From Candidatus Eiseniibacteriota bacterium (GTDB lineage Bacteria; Eisenbacteria; RBG-16-71-46), in contig JANMQY010000084.1 of assembly GCA_031370785.1 (NCBI GenBank), positions 310-64,309 on the forward strand: DNA of 64,000 nt. Reading direction: 5' to 3'. Positions 1-9,629 of this stretch are shown in pieces. The notes below the pieces were generated by a model. The model saw nothing but the letters and a program-made list of their open reading frames with translations, was not told the DNA's origin and did no database searches. Position 1 is the first letter of the stretch. The number at the start of each line of letters is the position of its first letter. Both the position numbers and the translations under genes were made by a program.

Positions 1-353
1 GATGGGAAGTCGAGCGTGAGCCGGCCATCCTCCCGGCGCACCGAGAGCGGTCCGCTCTTCGAATGGAAGGTGAGTGAGGATCTGCGATCGCCGAGCGCGT
101 GGAACAGGACGTGAGCGGAGGCGAGCGTCGCATGTCCGCACAGGTCGATCTCGAACTCTGGGGTAAACCAGCGCAACGCGAAGTCGCCCTTGTCATCGGG
201 CACGAAGAATGCGGTTTCCGCGAGACCGCGCTCGGTGGCGATGCCCTGCATGGCCGGCTCCTCGAGCCACCGATCGAGCGGGCACACGCCCGCGCCGTTT
301 CCACCGTCGCGGCGGCTGGTAAATGCGTTCAGGTGATAGAACGGGACCTTCAT
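1..353 (-). CDS. PhzF family isomerase (YddE-like), 3'-truncated by window edge
   Basis: Manual translation from ATG at 353 (GGAGG RBS): MKVPFYHLNAFTSRRDGGNGAGV...AETAF...LRWFTPEFEIDLCGHATLA, which are PhzF signature motifs. Absent from the ORF track. Confidence 0.9.
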   Translation of the reverse strand, partial: MKVPFYHLNAFTSRRDGGNGAGVCPLDRWLEEPAMQGIATERGLAETAFFVPDDKGDFALRWFTPEFEIDLCGHATLASAHVLFHALGDRRSSLTFHSKSGPLSVRREDGRLTLDFP

Positions 354-362
354 CGCGCCTCC

Positions 363-845
363 CTAGAGCACGAGCTCGAGGAACAGCGAGCCGGGAATTG
401 AATTCGGGCGATACGGGGCGATCGGTCGAAAACCGAGCGAACGATACAGGCCGATCGCGCTGGTCATCGACGGGAGCGTGTCGAGCCGCATGCGGCCGTA
501 GCCTGCCCTTCGCGCCTCGTCGATGATCGCCATCGCGAGCGCACGGCCCAGGCCATGTCCCTGATGAGCCGGGCGCACCCACAGCCGCTTCATCTCGCAG
601 ACCTCATCATCGAGCCGGCGCAGCGCGACGCACCCGGCCACCGCGGGATCGCCCTTGCCTAAGCCTTCGGGCTCGAGCATCAACAACCGACCGGCGGGGG
701 GAGCGTAGTCGCCCGGCAGTCCTGCCAGCTCGGCATGGAACGACTGGAATGACAGATCGACGCCGAGCGAAGCCGCATACTCCCGCAACAGGGCACGAAG
801 CTCGGGAAGGTCTTCCGGAATCCGGGCGGGGCGAATGAGCGCCAC
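363..845 (-). CDS. GNAT family N-acetyltransferase
   Basis: CEMKRLWVRPAHQGHGLGRAL acetyl-CoA motif; RLDTLPSMTSAIGLYRSLGF. Confidence 0.92.
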   Translation of the reverse strand: MALIRPARIPEDLPELRALLREYAASLGVDLSFQSFHAELAGLPGDYAPPAGRLLMLEPEGLGKGDPAVAGCVALRRLDDEVCEMKRLWVRPAHQGHGLGRALAMAIIDEARRAGYGRMRLDTLPSMTSAIGLYRSLGFRPIAPYRPNSIPGSLFLELVL

Positions 846-878
846 GGCGCTCAGTGTGCCACGCGCCTTGCCGCGGCG

Positions 879-2099
879 CTACTCGAGGCGCGCCCAGACG
901 CGCGTGGCGCACTCGCGTGCGCGGCAGGCGACCTCGCGCTCGTCCACGGTGAGCAGCGTGCCGTTGTCCATCACCATCTCGCCGGCGATCATCACCCCCG
1001 AAACCGGCGCGCGCAACAGGCCCGACCACAGGTGGTCGAGCAGCGTGCGCGACGAGAACTCGGTCGCGGGCCGGTAGTCCACCATCAGGAAGTCCGCCGG
1101 GGAGCCCGCGGCGATTACTCCCAGCTCCTCGCCGAAATGGTGCGCGGCCCAGGTGGCGCCGTGCACGAACAGGCGCTGGTAGTGCATCTCGGCGCGCGCG
1201 CCTCGCGCGAACGGATGAGCGGGGTCGGGCAGCGGCGGCGCGTTGACCCCGGCATCGCTTCCCCACGCCACCTCGGCCTCGCGCACCAGCGCCGCAGCCG
1301 AGCCGGACCCGGTCGCGCTCAGGGAATCTCCTCTCTCCTGGGCCGCGGCGAGCAGACCGCGCGGAGCGGTCTCGGCGTGCGCCCACAGCGCGGGCAGGGG
1401 ACCTGGCTTCCACAGCGGCCGGGCGTTCCAGCGGTCCTGAGGAGTGAGATCCAGTGCCAGATCGACGTGCACCGCGAGCCGATCGCCCGCGGTCTCGAGC
1501 GCATCGTCGAGCAGCACGCTCACGCCTTCCAGGGTGTGCGCCTGCACGCCCATCATGCCGCGAAGCCTGCCCGAGTGCTTCCGCGAAAGCTCGCGCGCGA
1601 AGCCGAGGCTCTCGTCGATCGCGGCGCGACGCTCGAGCGGCGTGTCGGACTCGGCCGCGCCGTAGCAGGTCGCGACCCGGACTCCTACCTGATCCGCGGC
1701 GCCGACCACCTCGGAGAGCGACAGGTCGATCAGCAAGCCCGAGCGATGGAAGTCGCACGCCGTGGTGACGCCGTGCCGCACGCCCTCGACCAGCGCGGCG
1801 AGCGATGCCCAGTAAACGTCTTCGGCGCTCAGCGCATCCTCGTAGCGCCGCCATTCGCGCGGGCTGTGCAGCCCGAGTCCGCGCGCGAGGTGCCGCGCGA
1901 GGTGCACGTGCGTGTTCACGAACCCGGGCATGAGCACGCGCCCGCGCGCCGGCCACAGGGTTTCGTCCGGATACGAGGCCGCGAGATTCCCGGCGCGCCC
2001 GACCTGGGCGATGTGCGAGCCGAGCACGCGGACCGCCGCGTCCTCGAGCACGGTGGGCTCCGGTCCACCGGTGACGACCGTGCACGGGCCGACCAGCAC
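879..2099 (-). CDS. amidohydrolase superfamily protein (SsnA-like, partly degenerate)
   Basis: MPGFVNTHVHL HxH motif, GVTTACDFH, WGSDAG, GSPADF; abuts the upstream amidohydrolase stop. Confidence 0.8.
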   Translation of the reverse strand: MLVGPCTVVTGGPEPTVLEDAAVRVLGSHIAQVGRAGNLAASYPDETLWPARGRVLMPGFVNTHVHLARHLARGLGLHSPREWRRYEDALSAEDVYWASLAALVEGVRHGVTTACDFHRSGLLIDLSLSEVVGAADQVGVRVATCYGAAESDTPLERRAAIDESLGFARELSRKHSGRLRGMMGVQAHTLEGVSVLLDDALETAGDRLAVHVDLALDLTPQDRWNARPLWKPGPLPALWAHAETAPRGLLAAAQERGDSLSATGSGSAAALVREAEVAWGSDAGVNAPPLPDPAHPFARGARAEMHYQRLFVHGATWAAHHFGEELGVIAAGSPADFLMVDYRPATEFSSRTLLDHLWSGLLRAPVSGVMIAGEMVMDNGTLLTVDEREVACRARECATRVWARLE

Positions 2100-3467
2100 C
2101 TACGCCCCCTCCGCGCGCCGGACCAGCGCGCGCGACTCGGCGCGGGCTTCCGCCACGACCCGCGCCGGATCGAGCGTGCTCCACGCGCCGTCGCGGTACA
2201 GCACTCGCCCCGCGACCAGAGTGGCGCGCACGTCGGCGGCACGAGTGGCGTGCACCACGGTCGCATACGGATCGGCCTCGGCATTGGGAGCCTGATGCGG
2301 CGCGGAACCGTCGACCACGATCACGTCGGCCTGTTTTCCCGGCTCGAGCGAGCCGGTGCGCTCTCCGAGTCCGAGCGCGCGCGCGCCGTCGCATGTGGCG
2401 AGCGCCAGCACCTCGCTCGCGTCGAGCGGCTCCGCATCCGCGGGCGCGCTCCCCGCGCCTTGCAGCGCGCGCGACAATCCCGCGGCCAGGCTCATCTCGT
2501 GGAACGGATCGAGCCGGTTGTTGCAAGCCGCGCCGTCGGATCCGATTCCGCAGCGCAGCCCGGCGCGCTTCCACTCGCGCACGTTCGCGAAGCCCGAGCC
2601 GAGCTTGAGGTTCGATCCCGGACAGTGCACCAGCGCCGCATCCGCGCGCTTCATCAGCGCCAGCTCCTCGCCGGACAACCACACGCCGTGCGCGCCCACG
2701 AAGCGCTCGCTGAGCACCGCGCGGGTCGCGAAGTAGCGGGCGGCGGTGGTCGAGACCGCGGCCTCGACCTCGCGCCCTTCGGTCGGACTCTCACCGATGT
2801 GCGTGTGCACCAGCAGCCCGTGGTCGCGCGAGGCTGCCGACACGTCGCGCCACAGCGCATCGCCGCACGACAGGATGAAGCGCGGAGCGAGCGAGACCGA
2901 GAGCCGTCCGCCGGCGGCGCCGTGGAATCGCTTCGCAACTGCCAGGGCGCCTTCGAGCGCATCGCCGGTGCGCTCGCGCAGCGAGGCGGGCACGCCATCG
3001 CCCTGGTCCATCAGCGCCTTGCCGAACACGGCGCGGATGCCGCTTTCCTCGAGCGCCTCGCCCAGCGCTTCGGTGTGGCGCACCGTGCCCATGTCGTTCA
3101 CGCAGGTCACGCCGGCCGCGAGCACTTCCAGCAGGCCGAGCCGGGCCGAGGCCTGCACGCTCGCCTCGGTGTGCGCCGCCTCGAGCGGCCAGATGCGCTC
3201 GCGCAGCCAGCGCAGCAGGTCGTGGTGCTCGGCGAGCCCGCGAAACAGCGTCTGGCACAGGTGGAGGTGGCCCTGGACCAGGCCGGGCAGGACGAAGCAT
3301 CCGGAGGCGTCGATGGATTCGTCGGGCTTCGCGCGGCCGAGCGCCGAGCGAACACTCTCGCCGATTGCGGCGACCAGCCCATCGCGCACGAGCAGATCGC
3401 CGCGCACGACGGTGCGCGCGGCATCCATGCACAGCAACGTCCCGGAATGGATCAGGCAGGTGCTCAA
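2100..3467 (-). CDS. amidohydrolase, MtaD/5'-deoxyadenosine deaminase-like
   Basis: PGLVQGHLHLCQTLFRG, HTHIGES, VHCPGSNLKLGSG, GIGSDG, GSLEPGKQAD; TTG start at 3467 after GGAGG. Confidence 0.88.
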   Translation of the reverse strand: MSTCLIHSGTLLCMDAARTVVRGDLLVRDGLVAAIGESVRSALGRAKPDESIDASGCFVLPGLVQGHLHLCQTLFRGLAEHHDLLRWLRERIWPLEAAHTEASVQASARLGLLEVLAAGVTCVNDMGTVRHTEALGEALEESGIRAVFGKALMDQGDGVPASLRERTGDALEGALAVAKRFHGAAGGRLSVSLAPRFILSCGDALWRDVSAASRDHGLLVHTHIGESPTEGREVEAAVSTTAARYFATRAVLSERFVGAHGVWLSGEELALMKRADAALVHCPGSNLKLGSGFANVREWKRAGLRCGIGSDGAACNNRLDPFHEMSLAAGLSRALQGAGSAPADAEPLDASEVLALATCDGARALGLGERTGSLEPGKQADVIVVDGSAPHQAPNAEADPYATVVHATRAADVRATLVAGRVLYRDGAWSTLDPARVVAEARAESRALVRRAEGA

Positions 3468-3600
3468 GGAACCGCCTCCCTGCGGCCGAGCGGCGAGTCC
3501 GGCGTCCGTGCCGGAGAAGAGTCGCAGCCCGCGGAGCATTGCGCTCGAAGGGAGCAGAGGTCAAGGAAGTTGCGCTCACGCGCTGATCAAGCCCGGGCGG

Positions 3601-3629
3601 TTGACCACCTCTCGCCCCACTCCTACCCT
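3601..3629 (+). promoter_or_regulatory. sigma70-type promoter, probably leaderless pabB
   Basis: TTGACC-17nt-TACCCT, ATG 7 nt downstream, no SD. Confidence 0.55.
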
Positions 3630-3636
3630 TCGCCGC

Positions 3637-5067
3637 ATGCCATCCGGTCTGCCGCTTCCGCTCGTCCGCGCCGTGGACTTGAAGGACCCGAGGGACGCGC
3701 TGCGAGCGCTCGCCACGCTGCCGCACCGCTTCCTGCTGCATTCGTCCATGCAGGACGACCGCGCGCGCTGGTCGTTCTTCGGCGCCGAGCCGTTCTCCCT
3801 GTACAAAGGCGGCGACTACCGTGGCGGGGTGGCCGCGTTCCGCCGTGTGGTGGCGCGCGTGGCCGGCGACGAAAACGCGACCACGCTGGTCCCATTCACC
3901 GGCGGCGCGGTGGGCTACTGGGCCTATGATTTCGGCCGGCGGCTCGAACGCCTGCGCTCGGATCCGGGGCCTGCCGACGATCTCGCGCTCCCGGATTTCC
4001 TGCTCGGCTTCTACGACGTGGTCGGAGCGTTCGATCACCGCACGCGCGAGGCCTGGCTGTTCTCGAGCGGCCTGCCGCTGGATGGCGAGCGCCGGATCGA
4101 GCACGCGGCGCGCCGCCTCGATCGTTTCGCCTTCCTGCTCGAGCACGCCTCGGGAGATGCGTCGGCGCTGCCGGATATCGGCGAGCTTCCGGAGCCTGCC
4201 GCCTCGAATTTCACGCCGGAGGCCTACCGTCGCGCGGTCGAGCGCGTGCAGGACCACATCCGGCGCGGCGATCTGTTCCAGGCGAATCTGTCGCAGCGCT
4301 GGAGCCTGAAGGTCGAGTGCGAGGATCCCGCGGCGCTGGCCGAGGCCGTACACGATCGACTCGCCCGCCTCTCGCCCGCGCCTTACGCCGCATTCCTCGA
4401 TGCCGGCGACCACGCGATCGCCTCGGCCAGTCCGGAGAGATTCCTCGAACTGCGCGGGCGGCGCGTCGAGACGCGGCCGATCAAGGGCACGCGCCCGCGC
4501 GATGCGGATGCCGCGGCCGACGAGAAGCTGCGCGCGGAGCTGCGCGCGAGCGCGAAGGATCGGGCGGAGAACGTGATGATCGTGGACGTGCTGCGCAACG
4601 ACCTCGGCCGGGTGTGCGCGACCGGCTCGATCCAGACCCCGGAGCTGTGCGTGCTGGAGTCCTTCCCGCAGGTGCACCACCTGGTCTCGACCGTCACCGG
4701 GACGCTCGGCGATGGGCACGACGCATTCGATCTGCTCCACGCCTGCTTCCCCGGCGGCTCGATCACCGGCGCGCCCAAGATCCGGGCGATGGAGATCCTC
4801 GACTCGCTCGAGAGCGTGCGCCGCCACATTTATACCGGCAGCATCGGCTATGTGGACTGGCGCGGCGATGCCGACTGGAGCATCGCGATCCGCACCGCGC
4901 TGGTGACGCAGAACGCGATCCACTTCTCGGCAGGCGGCGGGATCACCGCCGACTCCGATCCGGAAGCCGAGTACCTCGAGACCCTGCACAAGGCAGAAGG
5001 CCTGCGCCGCGCGCTGGCCGAGATCGTCGGCCCGGCCGCGCTCGAGATCGGCGCCGTGTCCAGGTGA
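3637..5067 (+). CDS. pabB: aminodeoxychorismate synthase component I
   Basis: PFTGGAVGYWAYD, SASPERFL, RPIKGTRPR, KDRAENVMIVD, FPGGSITGAPKIRAM; PIKGT is typical of PabB; next to PabC. Confidence 0.85.
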   Translation: MPSGLPLPLVRAVDLKDPRDALRALATLPHRFLLHSSMQDDRARWSFFGAEPFSLYKGGDYRGGVAAFRRVVARVAGDENATTLVPFTGGAVGYWAYDFGRRLERLRSDPGPADDLALPDFLLGFYDVVGAFDHRTREAWLFSSGLPLDGERRIEHAARRLDRFAFLLEHASGDASALPDIGELPEPAASNFTPEAYRRAVERVQDHIRRGDLFQANLSQRWSLKVECEDPAALAEAVHDRLARLSPAPYAAFLDAGDHAIASASPERFLELRGRRVETRPIKGTRPRDADAAADEKLRAELRASAKDRAENVMIVDVLRNDLGRVCATGSIQTPELCVLESFPQVHHLVSTVTGTLGDGHDAFDLLHACFPGGSITGAPKIRAMEILDSLESVRRHIYTGSIGYVDWRGDADWSIAIRTALVTQNAIHFSAGGGITADSDPEAEYLETLHKAEGLRRALAEIVGPAALEIGAVSR

Positions 5068-5942
5068 GCGCGTTGAGCCCGCACCCCCGGGGCGTGCGGT
5101 TGCCGCAGCGACGGGTGTGGATCAACGGAACCATCGTGAGTGGCGCCGAGGCCGCGCTTTCGCTGTTCGACCGGGGAGCGCGTGACGGCGAGGGCCTGCT
5201 CGAGACCGTGCGGATCAACGCGGGTGTGCCGCATCTGTGGGAGCGCCACCTCGAACGCCTGGTGTTATCGGCCGCCGAGCTAGGCTTTCCGGTGCCGGCC
5301 TCCCCGGCGAGCCTGAGCGATGCGCTCGGCGAGCTGCTCGCGCTCGAAAAGCTGTCGGACGCGGTGGCGCGCCTGACCGTGACGCGCGGCGTCCCGGGCG
5401 GTCGCCCGACCCGCGCCGGCGCGTGGATCGAGGTCGAGCCGCTCTCGGGACGGCTGTGGAGCGGAACGCGCTCGGGCGCGGCCACGGCGATCGTCTCGAA
5501 AACTCCGTTCGAGCCCGGATCGCTCGGGCGCCACAAGACCACCAGCCGGATGGCCTACTCGCTCGCCCGCGAGGAGGCGCGCGCCGCCCGGGTGGACGAG
5601 GCGCTGCTCGGCTCGGCGAGCGGCGAGCTGCTCGAAGGCGCGGTCAGCAACCTGTTCGTGGTGCGCGCCGGGGAAGTGCTCACCCCGCCACTCGCGCGCG
5701 GCATTCTGCCCGGACTCGCGCGCGCCACTGTTCTCGTGTTGTGCTCGGACCTCCGGATTCCGGCGCGCGAGCGCTCGCTCTCGGTGCGCGATCTGCTCGA
5801 GGCCGACGAGGCGTTCCTCACCAGCTCGGTGCAGGAGGTGGCGCCGCTCGCGAGCGCGGAGGGTCGTGCGTTTCCCTCGCGCGAGGTCGGCCTTCGATTG
5901 CGCGACGCATTCCGGCTCTCCGCCAGCGGCGGGAATGCGTAG
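5064..5942 (+). CDS. pabC: class IV PLP aminotransferase / aminodeoxychorismate lyase
   Basis: DRG..DGEGLLET, HLERL, HKTTSR, EGAVSNLF, GILPG; GTGA overlap with pabB. Confidence 0.75.
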   Translation: MSALSPHPRGVRLPQRRVWINGTIVSGAEAALSLFDRGARDGEGLLETVRINAGVPHLWERHLERLVLSAAELGFPVPASPASLSDALGELLALEKLSDAVARLTVTRGVPGGRPTRAGAWIEVEPLSGRLWSGTRSGAATAIVSKTPFEPGSLGRHKTTSRMAYSLAREEARAARVDEALLGSASGELLEGAVSNLFVVRAGEVLTPPLARGILPGLARATVLVLCSDLRIPARERSLSVRDLLEADEAFLTSSVQEVAPLASAEGRAFPSREVGLRLRDAFRLSASGGNA

Positions 5943-6158
5943 GGGAAAGTCCGATGTCGGGACGCGTCAGGTGTGGCACCCTGGCCGCTGCGGGCTGCGT
6001 CATTTCGCTCAGCGCGGCAGAAACTCTGGCCGATATTCCCCATGGCGAATGCAGGGTTTTCTAAGCCGGGCCGCCCAGCACACCCCTCGAGGCGCGCCAC
6101 ATCGTCAGATTGCACGATAGAATCGATTCCCGCTCGACCCGGGACTCGCGTGCACCGG

Positions 6159-6174
6159 TGGCACATGCCATGCA
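6159..6174 (+). promoter_or_regulatory. sigma54 (-24/-12) promoter
   Basis: TGGCACATGCCATGCA, GG-N10-GC, about 90 nt before CDS 6262. Confidence 0.65.
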
Positions 6175-6261
6175 ATCCAATGGATTGAACGTCTCGGTCC
6201 TTCCGAAACGCGCCCCCTTTCGGGCGCCGGCGGGCCGACTTCGGATCGGATGAGGTGACGC

Positions 6262-7650
6262 ATGGCGGTCAAGGGTGGACGACTCGAGTTCCTGGTTCCG
6301 CACCTGCTGCGCAGTCAGCTGCTGCGACCGGGATTCGTGCGCCTGAGCCTTCGCCTCGGTGCGGCGCAGCAGATGCCGTCGTGGGCCAAGCTCCAGTTCA
6401 CCAACGCCGGCGTCTCGCCCGAAGACCTGGAGCGTGTGCTCGGACGCATCACCAGCCTCGAGTCGTGGGTGGACGAGTGGGAGAGCCTCGGCCGCGCGCA
6501 CGAGCAGGGTGGTCGCGATGCGCTGGCGCTCGGCCGCGACGCGCAGGCCGCGGAGCGTTTCCTCGCCGCCTCGGCGGCCTACAACTTCGGCCAGTATGTC
6601 ATGTTCCTCGATGTCGGACGCAAGCGCATGCTTCACGAGTCGTGCGTACGCGCCTACGCGCAGGCCGCTCCGCTGTTCGAGGTCCCCGCGCGGCCCTTCG
6701 ACGTCCTGTACCGGCGAAAGCCGATGCGCGGCTACCTGCGTGTTCCGGCCGGGTCCGAGCCGGCGCCGGTGGTGGTGATCTTCAACGGCACGAATGCGGT
6801 CAAGGAGGAGCTGCACTGGTGGAGCGAGTCGTTCCTCGAGCGCGGAATCGCCACGCTCACCTTTGACGGCCCGGGCATGGGACAGACCTTCCACCGGCTC
6901 TCGATGGTTGCAGAGCCGCGGCCGGTGGGCGTCGCGATCCTCGATCGGATCGATGGCTGTCCCGAGCTCGACCCGGAAGCGGTCGCGTTCCTCGGCATGA
7001 GCCTCGGCGGATACATGGCGATCCGCATGGCGTCACACGATCCGCGCATCAAGGCGGTCGCCGCGGTGAGTCCGCCATACTCGGCCGACGTCTACTGGAA
7101 TCTCACCCTCGCCGGGATGCGTCGCGAGCTGGCCGCGCTCTACGGCATCGAAGAAAACGAGATGACCTCGGTGATCGACAAGATCACGCTGGCCGACGTG
7201 CTTCCGAAGCTGCACTGCCCGCTGATCGTCTCGGGCGGCGGCCACGACCACATCACGCCGGGCAGCGAGGCATGGCGCATTTTCGAAGCCGCTCCGGGCG
7301 AGCGCGAGCTGGTGTTCTATCCCAAGGGCGCGCACGACTGCTTCAACGTGCTCGCCGATCTCAAGCCGCGCATGGTGCGCTGGCTCGCCCATCAGCTCGA
7401 GCGGCACCACGTCGCCGGGCGAACGCATCTGGCATGGCACATGGTGCCGGGTGCCGTTCCTCAGCCGGCCGAGGCGGTGGACGAGGACTTTGCCGGCGCG
7501 CTGCGCGGCGAGGTGAGGCATCTGGAGTGGCACGCCCCGGAGTCGGGCGGCGAGCCGGTGCGCTGGCGCTGGCCGTGGGAGTCGGTCGGCGTCTCCCAGA
7601 GCATCGAAGTCGTGCATCGCAGCGGGGTGGCTGCCGTGCTCCCGAACTAA
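6262..7650 (+). CDS. alpha/beta hydrolase (FrsA/dihydroxypseudooxynicotine hydrolase-like)
   Basis: FDGPGMG, nucleophile GMSLGG, GGHD, GAHDCF. Confidence 0.85.
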   Translation: MAVKGGRLEFLVPHLLRSQLLRPGFVRLSLRLGAAQQMPSWAKLQFTNAGVSPEDLERVLGRITSLESWVDEWESLGRAHEQGGRDALALGRDAQAAERFLAASAAYNFGQYVMFLDVGRKRMLHESCVRAYAQAAPLFEVPARPFDVLYRRKPMRGYLRVPAGSEPAPVVVIFNGTNAVKEELHWWSESFLERGIATLTFDGPGMGQTFHRLSMVAEPRPVGVAILDRIDGCPELDPEAVAFLGMSLGGYMAIRMASHDPRIKAVAAVSPPYSADVYWNLTLAGMRRELAALYGIEENEMTSVIDKITLADVLPKLHCPLIVSGGGHDHITPGSEAWRIFEAAPGERELVFYPKGAHDCFNVLADLKPRMVRWLAHQLERHHVAGRTHLAWHMVPGAVPQPAEAVDEDFAGALRGEVRHLEWHAPESGGEPVRWRWPWESVGVSQSIEVVHRSGVAAVLPN

Positions 7651-8057
7651 CCACCGACCTCGCTGCGGTACTGGCGAGCCGGCCGCTCCCCTCCGCCAGC
7701 AGCCCGGGCACCGTCTCAGGCACCCCTCGACCGCGGAAAACCCCAGTAGATGCGCCATAAATAGCTTGCTGCGCGCGTTCGCGTACCGCAGAATCGACCC
7801 GCAATCCGGACCTTTGCCGGATCCGCAAGATGGCTGCGCGTTCGGCCGCCCCCGGAACCTGCACCAGGTCTGGAGCGCGTCCGTCGCATTTGATCAGGGC
7901 CCGCGCCTCGCGCGGAGCAGATCGCTCGGATCGACTCCATCTCCGCTCTTCCTATCGGCATTCGTATTCCGTCTGGAAACTTTCGCGGGGCCGTGATCCC
8001 GCGTCCGAACGTGGTTTCGTTCGTTGGGTGCAGAGCTTCAACAGAGGAGATACCGTG

Positions 8058-8984
8058 ATGCGACAGCTACGAAGCTTTGCCGGGTGGATGGGGCTGACGT
8101 CGCTCGCGCTCGCCATGGGCGTGGCTGCGCCGGCGTTCGCGCAAGGGGCGATGGACACCCCCACCATCGAAGTGGTCAGGAGCAACCGCGCCCAGGTGAC
8201 GATGCGGGTCACCGCCGGGCCGAGCGGGACTCCGGGCGGCGTGTACGTCGAGTGGATGAACTATGCCGACTACACCGAGTACGGCGGCTGGCCTCCGGAT
8301 CCCTACGATCCGGCGCTTTACTACTGCCAGTTCGCCGGGGTGCCGACATGGCACTTGAACGGTGCGGGCACCTATCAGCTTGGGCCCGGCGAGAGCATCG
8401 AGGTGGTGCTCGGCGCGCTGTTCGACGAGACCGGCGTCGCGACGGACTACACGTCCGAGATGCCGGAAGGTGGTCACTTCGTGATCCGCGCGCGCGCGGA
8501 GGGCTTCGGCGCGACGGCCGAGAGCCCGAACACCGGAACCATCGAGGCTTTCAGCGCGCCGAATCCGAACAATTGCACGTTCACGCAGGGCTACTGGAAG
8601 AACCACGCCTCGGCCTGGCCGGTCTCGAGCCTGACGCTTGGGACCGTGACCTACACCAAGCCGCAGCTGCTCAGCATTCTCGGCACGCCGGCAGTTGGCA
8701 ATGGGCTCATCATCCTTTCCCATCAGTTGATCGCCACCAAGCTCAATATTGCGAACGGCGCCATCGCGACGGGAATCTCGAGCACCGTGGCGTCGGCCGA
8801 CGCGTTGATCGGCGGGCTGGTGTGTCCACCGGTGGGCAGCGGATACCTGACCCCGTCGAGCACCAACGGTCCCACCAACACGCTCGATGACTGGAACAAC
8901 GGCGTGACCGGGCCCGGACATTGCGCCAGCACCCCGGCACGCGAATCGACCTGGGGCCGGATCAAGTCGATCTATCGCAACTAG
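8058..8984 (+). CDS. secreted protein with TQGYWKNH domain and C-terminal STWGRIKSIYRN tail
   Basis: AGAGGAG RBS, signal peptide ending APAFA-Q, beta-rich N-domain, CTFTQGYWKNH...HQLIATKLN domain. Confidence 0.85.
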   Translation: MRQLRSFAGWMGLTSLALAMGVAAPAFAQGAMDTPTIEVVRSNRAQVTMRVTAGPSGTPGGVYVEWMNYADYTEYGGWPPDPYDPALYYCQFAGVPTWHLNGAGTYQLGPGESIEVVLGALFDETGVATDYTSEMPEGGHFVIRARAEGFGATAESPNTGTIEAFSAPNPNNCTFTQGYWKNHASAWPVSSLTLGTVTYTKPQLLSILGTPAVGNGLIILSHQLIATKLNIANGAIATGISSTVASADALIGGLVCPPVGSGYLTPSSTNGPTNTLDDWNNGVTGPGHCASTPARESTWGRIKSIYRN

Positions 8985-9009
8985 AAGTCATACGACGCGA
9001 GATTCGCAT

Positions 9010-9037
9010 GACGGGGATGCCCTTCGGCATCCCCGTC
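9010..9037 (+). terminator. hairpin, probable terminator
   Basis: GACGGGGATGCC-cttc-GGCATCCCCGTC 12-bp stem after CDS 8984; weak U tract. Confidence 0.6.
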
Positions 9038-9152
9038 CGCGTTATGGCTCGATCCGTTGGCCCGCATGCTCAGCGGGCCGCATGACGCCCGCCGGGCAAC
9101 CTGATAATCTCTCCGCGCTCATCGACCCATCGGCGCCTCCCGGAGACTGGAA

Positions 9153-9629
9153 ATGCCCGACGTGAAGAACGGCGTTCGCACCCGCCCGCTCGACGAACTG
9201 GACATCGGCAGCATCGTCCGCATCGACGAGCGCATCAGCGGCACCTACCGTCCCGAGTTCTGGGAACAGCGCGTGGGCTACTACATGCGCCGCGATCCTG
9301 GCGCCTCACAGGTCGCCGAAGTCGAGGGTCGCGTGGTCGGCTTCATGCTCGGAGACCTGCGCGCGGGCGAGTTCGGCCTCGAAGAGCCGAGCGGCTGGAT
9401 CGAGCGCTTCGGCATCGATCCCGACTTCCGCGGACGCGACCTGGGACGACTGATGTTCGAGGCGATCCGGACGCATTTCGCAGCCGAAGGCGCGACCCGG
9501 GTCCGCACGCTCGCCGACCGCGATCAGGCCGGCGTCGCGGGATTCCTCGCCGCGCTCGGATTCGAGCCCGCACCGCTGGTCGCGCTGGAAATGAAAGTCT
9601 CTGGACCGAAGGGCCAGGAGCGAAAATGA
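9153..9629 (+). CDS. GNAT family protein
   Basis: VVGFMLG, GWIERFGIDPDFRGRDLG, FLAALGF; ATGA overlap with next gene. Confidence 0.85.
   Translation: MPDVKNGVRTRPLDELDIGSIVRIDERISGTYRPEFWEQRVGYYMRRDPGASQVAEVEGRVVGFMLGDLRAGEFGLEEPSGWIERFGIDPDFRGRDLGRLMFEAIRTHFAAEGATRVRTLADRDQAGVAGFLAALGFEPAPLVALEMKVSGPKGQERK

Noticed and set aside
99-401. Plus-strand 100-aa ORF
   Set aside because: The opposite strand encodes a clear PhzF-family protein.
1032-3929. 965-aa plus-strand ORF
   Set aside because: Antisense shadow of two motif-bearing amidohydrolases; typical high-GC artefact.
5974-5989. TGGCACCCTGGCCGCT sigma54-like match
   Set aside because: Poor -12 context and far from the gene; the site at 6159 is better.
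7790-8010. c-di-GMP riboswitch upstream of CDS 8058
   Set aside because: Only isolated GGCAAA/GGAAAC words are present; the remaining consensus elements are missing.
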